Made by a program: the position numbers and the translations under genes. The notes under the pieces are model-generated. The model did not search any database. It worked only from the letters and a program-made list of their open reading frames with translations, and was not told the DNA's origin. A DNA stretch of 64,000 nucleotides from Rebecca billardiae RCC1528 (taxonomy: Eukaryota > Protista > Haptophyta). Of the stretch, positions 59,620 through 64,000 are shown in pieces. Position 1 is the stretch's first letter. Each line of letters begins with the position of its first letter. The stretch covers positions 1,116,001 to 1,180,000 of the forward strand of contig OZ251246.1 of NCBI GenBank assembly GCA_965240325.2, read 5' to 3'.

Positions 59620-59928
59620 CAGAGTTCACTCTCACTGGTCCGCGGCGGCCCCCGGCCCGGCGGGCGGCCGGCCGCGGCCGCGGGTGCGGGCGGGCCGCCG
59701 CCGGCGTCAGTCGTATTCGTAACCACTCAGACTCAGAGACAGAGTGATGACAGAGTCAGACGCAGACAGACGTGAGACGACGACGTCGTAACGCGCGGAC
59801 CGTCAGCGCCGCCATCAGTCATCACGATCGTGAACTGGCGGAATCCGCGCCGAACTCGACTACTATCACCTGCGATGCGAGTCTAGCTCAGATAACAGTT
59901 GCATGCCGCGTTGGTATCGCAGGGACGG

Positions 59929-60579
59929 TCATGGGACGATCGGTGTCTCTTTGCTGGTGATGATGTAGGCTGCGCGGTTGAATTCGTGCATGACACCATT
60001 CTCCTGCGCGAGTGATGCCGCGACGCCGAGGCTGACAGGGAAGCCGTTGGCGTGAAGCCAGATCATGAGGCGCTCGTCGCCCACGCACGCTGCCGCCGAA
60101 AAGGCACTCGTGTCCCGCGGCGCGTCCCGCGCGCGCAGCTCCTCGAGAACCTCGAGCTGGCCAGCAGCGGCGGCCCACGCGCACGCGCTCGCATCCACAC
60201 TGAGGTGGTCACACGCGTAGCGGACGATGTCGAGCTGGCCGCGCTCGGCCGCGTACGCGCACACGCGACCGGGGGGTGGCATCCAGCCGGCGCTCAACGC
60301 CCACTCGAGCATGCGAACGCTCGTGCATAGCGCGAAGCCTGACGTGTGGAATGTTGGCTCCCCTCCCCTCCCTCCCCTCCCCTTCTCCCCTTCGTCCGGA
60401 GCTTGGCCTTGCCGCGTCGCGTCCCGAAGCGCGCGGCAGGTGAGGGCGAGCAGGAAGCGAACGTCCTCGCCAGCGTGCGAAACGATAAGAGCGAGCTCGT
60501 CCACGGGGAGGTCTGTGAGCGAGCATCCGCGGGGGGCATTCATGCGCTCCGTCGTGAGCTCTGTGCTGGCGAGCAGCAT
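59929..60579 (-). CDS. F-box + ankyrin-like repeat protein (possibly truncated or a pseudogene)
   Basis: SLTDLPVDELALI..LALTCRALR (F-box), then VCAYAAERGQLDIVRYA, ACAWAAAAGQLEVLEELR, AAACVGDERLMIWLHANGFP. Confidence 0.7.
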   Translation of the reverse strand: MLLASTELTTERMNAPRGCSLTDLPVDELALIVSHAGEDVRFLLALTCRALRDATRQGQAPDEGEKGRGGRGGEPTFHTSGFALCTSVRMLEWALSAGWMPPPGRVCAYAAERGQLDIVRYACDHLSVDASACAWAAAAGQLEVLEELRARDAPRDTSAFSAAACVGDERLMIWLHANGFPVSLGVAASLAQENGVMHEFNRAAYIITSKETPIVP

Positions 60580-61243
60580 CGCGTACTAGTTTGAGGTTGG
60601 GAAGCGGTAAGTACCGGGGGGCATCGGCGACGGCCGGTTGATGAGTTTCCGACGGTCGGGCCGACGGAGAAGTTGCTATTTATTTAGCTTTTTTATAGGG
60701 CGCAAAGGACCAGCAAATACCCTCGCAATCAGACCCCGGGCCGGTTTTTCATCACGCGGGTGCATGTGCATGATAGACAGCCCGGATACAACCGATGTAA
60801 ACCATGTATCGTGATAAGATAGATTTTACTATCATACGGTATATACGGTATACATATATGGGCGGCTCACACACCTCTGCACACAGACACACACGTCTCA
60901 CTGATTAGCCCTGCACAGTAACTACTAATTGCGCGGGACAGCAAACCGGCGCAAATGGGGGGATTGGCGAATCAAGGCTTCGATTCGATAATGCGGAAGG
61001 ACCTCAGCAGCAGCAGAGCTATCTTAGCTAGGTTGTGCCAATAAAGGACCATCCTTTGGTTGTGCGCTGGAGCCCCCAACGGCCGGCTCGCGCGTTCCAG
61101 GCCTCCGCAACGCGTCGTCCGGGGGGCAGCCTGCGTGCCGTCCTGATTGCCAGAATGAGCAGCACGCGTAGCAGCATCTGCAAGTGCATGGCGCCAGACC
61201 GCGGGTGAGTTGGGCACTGCAGACTGCTGAAGTCAGTCACGTG

Positions 61244-61802
61244 CAGGCCTGGGCTATGACGCGTCATGACGCCCATTTCTGGCGTCACGTCCGATGACGT
61301 CATGCGTTTTACGCGTAATTTACGCGTCATAGCAACACGTCTTTTGGCGGGGACCGTTTCGTCCATTACGCATGTATTCTTGTAATTGGTGTCATTAGCT
61401 ATAATGGGTTGACGTTTCGGGGTTCCCTAATCCCTTCCCGTACGGGGGAGTCCGCGGAGTGCGCCGGGTCCGGCCGGCTGGCCGGACCGCACAGAGGAGG
61501 TGGGCTCGTCGCCCAAAGGCGAGGGCTCCCGCTCCCGCACCCATGTGGCCGTGGAGCTGGAGGATCCACGAGCTGGTGTTGGGGCAGGGCTGCACCGCCG
61601 CCCGGCACCGCGGCGCCGACGCGGCGCGCACGCGGCCGCGCGCGCGCGCGCAGCCGCCTGTAGTAGCGGCTACTGTGAGTCCGGGTGTGCCAGGCGTGGG
61701 CAGAGCGCTCGGTCCGGGCGTCACGTTACGCCATTCCTCGCGTCACGTCATGACGTCATGACGTGACGTCACGTCATGACGCGTCACACACGCCCAGCCT
61801 TG
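61244..61802. mobile_element. hAT-like MITE rich in TGACGTCA/TGACGC motifs
   Basis: Ends CAGGCCTGGGC..TGACGCGTCATGACG and reverse complement CAAGGCTGGGC..TGACGCGTCATGACG; 8-bp TSD GTCACGTG / GTGACGTG (1 mismatch). Confidence 0.75.
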
Positions 61803-62759
61803 GTGACGTGTCTGAAATCGGCAGTGGGCCGAGCCTCCTTACCGGCTACCGCTCCCGACGAGTAAGTGTGGGGCTGTGGGCATGGCGTTGAAGCTGTGCA
61901 TTCCCCCTGCGTTCCTGATTCGGCTGGTAAAGACTACAACTCCTTCGTGGCTCTGTCGTCTCATTCACAAATAGAGTAGTCCGTCAGATTGGTCATCGCG
62001 CAGTCACTTGTCGCACCTGTCTGACATGAATCGAGTTACCGTGTTAGAGCTGAGAGTGCTGAGTGGTCAGTCAGAGAGCACTAGAGCAGGTGCCGATAAG
62101 AGGGGAATCAAACTGCATATGCAACTGAGCCTGGCCCAGACGCCGCTTACGCCAGAGTTCCGGGTCATTTGCATGAGACCAATTGAGCCTCGCGGGCACG
62201 ACCCCCCGGGACTAGTGGCGACCGTACTCTGCCGTCCGTCCGAGGCGTCTCACGGTCCGGCCCCGCCGGATCCGGGAAGCATGAGTCAATGAGACACTCC
62301 CTGCTTCAAGAACTACTGTGACCTAGAGGCTCTCAGGCACGCGCTACATCTTAACGATCAGCATCACGGACGGCAGGCGCAAGTCGGCGTGCGTCCGCGG
62401 TGACCGGCGGGCGTGGCCGACTGCCGCCGCCTCCGGGGCAGAGTCGGCGGTCTCATGCAGCTCCCGAGACGCTCGGTCCCCTCTTGCATACTCATATAAT
62501 CATGTGGAACACGCGCAGTTATCGCCCTTTCACTCCATACTTTCCGGGTAGTACGGCAGAGTATGACATCACTCGATCTCACCTGAATCTCAGGCTGAAA
62601 ATTCGTAGTCGACGATCCCAAGTCCCAACCGGCACCAGGATCCGTGTGGAACGTCATTCGACGTCGTTCGTCAGCCCCAACTCGGGACGCCGGTCCCAGG
62701 AGCTCTGGACGAAAGGCACCCCGCTGTGCTATTGAAATAGCAGCGCGGCCACGGCGTCC

Positions 62760-64000
62760 ATGGTCGACGTCGAGGCCCTGCAGCCCGGGAGGGATCCGCG
62801 CGGCGACTCGCGCGTGGAGGGACCCCCCGTGGCGTCGGCTCCGTCGTCCGAGTCGCCCTTGCCGGCAGACACGCCCCTGGGGCTCCCGCGTCGGGGCTCG
62901 CCGTCCGCCGTGAACGCGGACGGCTCGGGCGGGAGCGCGCCAGCCGCAGGGCGAGTGGTGGAGGCGGGCACGGCCGCACCGTCCCAGCCCAAAGGCGCCG
63001 TGGAGGCCGCCGCCGTGGGCGCCCACAACCTCGCTGACGCGCAGGTCCGAGCGCCGGTGCGTGCGGATGAGATCACGATCGACATCCGCGCGCACGATTC
63101 GGATGGCGACACGAGCGACAGCGGGAGCTCGATCCGCAAGTCCTCGTCGGGCTCGCTGCCTCCCGAGTCGAACGAGGTCGCCCCGGGTGGCACCGCCGTG
63201 GCGCGCGGCCCGTCCGACGAATCGACGCTCGGCACGCTCGGCGACGGCGAGCGCGAGCGTGGCGATTCGAGCGCGTGGCTGCGCTCGGTGCCGCGCCTGT
63301 CGCGGCTGAGCGGCGGCACGAAGAGCGACCTCGGCGTCGGCGCGCGGCGTCACTCCACGCCCCCCTGGCTGCGTGCGTCACAGCGCGGCAGCGGCGGCAA
63401 GGGCGCCGCGCTCGGCGACGACGGCTCGAGCCGGCGCGGCAGCCACTTCCTCGCGCCGCCCGTGCTGCTGCGCACCGCGTCCAACAGCAGTGCCGCGTTC
63501 GAGCGCTGGACGAGCGCCGCGCGGCAGGCGCCCGCGCTGGTGCTCGCCGAGCTGCAGAACGGCGAGTGGCACCCCGGCCGGCTGCTGCGCTCGCTGCTCG
63601 TCTTCATCCAGCTCGCCGTGATCCTCTACTACGCGAGCGAGCTGTACGAAGTGTACGAGGTCGCGCAGGCGAACCCGGCGACCTCGCTCGACACGCGCAC
63701 GGACGCGACGCTGCCCTTCCCGCACGTGGTGGTGTGCAACTCGTTCGCGCCCGGCGTGCGGCTCGAGCCGCTGACGTGCTCGCTCACCGGCGAGGCGGGC
63801 GGCAGCACCAACTGCATGGGCTCGTGGGAGTCGTTCGTGCTGCTGCCGGCGGGCGCGCGAGAGGCGGCGGACGCGGCGGCGGCGGACGCGGCGGCGGCGG
63901 CGGCGGCGGCGCGGCAGGCGGCGCCGTCGCTCGAGCCTGCGCTGGAGAAGAGCGTGGACGCGGCCGTGGGCGATGGCGGCGCGGCGGCGCGGGCGAACTC
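62760..64000 (+). CDS. Partial ENaC/degenerin (ASC-family)-like membrane protein; runs off the window
   Basis: Open frame from ATG 62760 to the window end. TM LLRSLLVFIQLAVILYYA followed by NPATSLDTRTDATLPFPHVVVCN (FPxVTxCN signature). Confidence 0.6.
   Translation, partial: MVDVEALQPGRDPRGDSRVEGPPVASAPSSESPLPADTPLGLPRRGSPSAVNADGSGGSAPAAGRVVEAGTAAPSQPKGAVEAAAVGAHNLADAQVRAPVRADEITIDIRAHDSDGDTSDSGSSIRKSSSGSLPPESNEVAPGGTAVARGPSDESTLGTLGDGERERGDSSAWLRSVPRLSRLSGGTKSDLGVGARRHSTPPWLRASQRGSGGKGAALGDDGSSRRGSHFLAPPVLLRTASNSSAAFERWTSAARQAPALVLAELQNGEWHPGRLLRSLLVFIQLAVILYYASELYEVYEVAQANPATSLDTRTDATLPFPHVVVCNSFAPGVRLEPLTCSLTGEAGGSTNCMGSWESFVLLPAGAREAADAAAADAAAAAAAARQAAPSLEPALEKSVDAAVGDGGAAARAN

Overview
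Very GC-rich, compact eukaryotic DNA. The short GC-saturated spliceosomal introns, plastid-targeted genes and composition suggest a secondary-plastid alga, probably a Pavlovales haptophyte such as Diacronema; this is inference only. I reconstructed about 22 protein-coding genes by hand, with 24 frame-consistent introns: a C2H2/3CxxC zinc-finger protein, an RsuA/RluF pseudouridine synthase, a VOC/glyoxalase protein, a DEDDh exonuclease with R3H domain, an NF-YC-like histone fold, an LRR-PP2C-like protein, a PA-7TM-HET/TIR-like receptor, a DHHC palmitoyltransferase, two tandem FkbM-like methyltransferases, ArfGAP, PFK-2/FBPase-2, a kelch-less BSU1-type phosphatase, a ubiquitin-like/NASP fusion, a Pgl lactonase, an unknown membrane protein, an AhpC-TSA_2 protein, trigger factor, a thylakoid-lumen protein, a PILS transporter, RagC/D, an F-box/ankyrin protein and a partial ENaC/DEG-like channel. 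Intergenic DNA is full of non-autonomous DNA transposons (pogo, P/foldback and hAT-like, several with TIRs and TSDs), microsatellites and a recurring AAATCATAGAAT terminal motif. The best candidate for an undescribed system is the signal peptide-PA-7TM-HET/TIR-like fusion at 16289-19298, which looks like a GPCR-like receptor wired directly to a putative NADase/cell-death domain. All family assignments rest on motif recognition by eye; no database searches were run.
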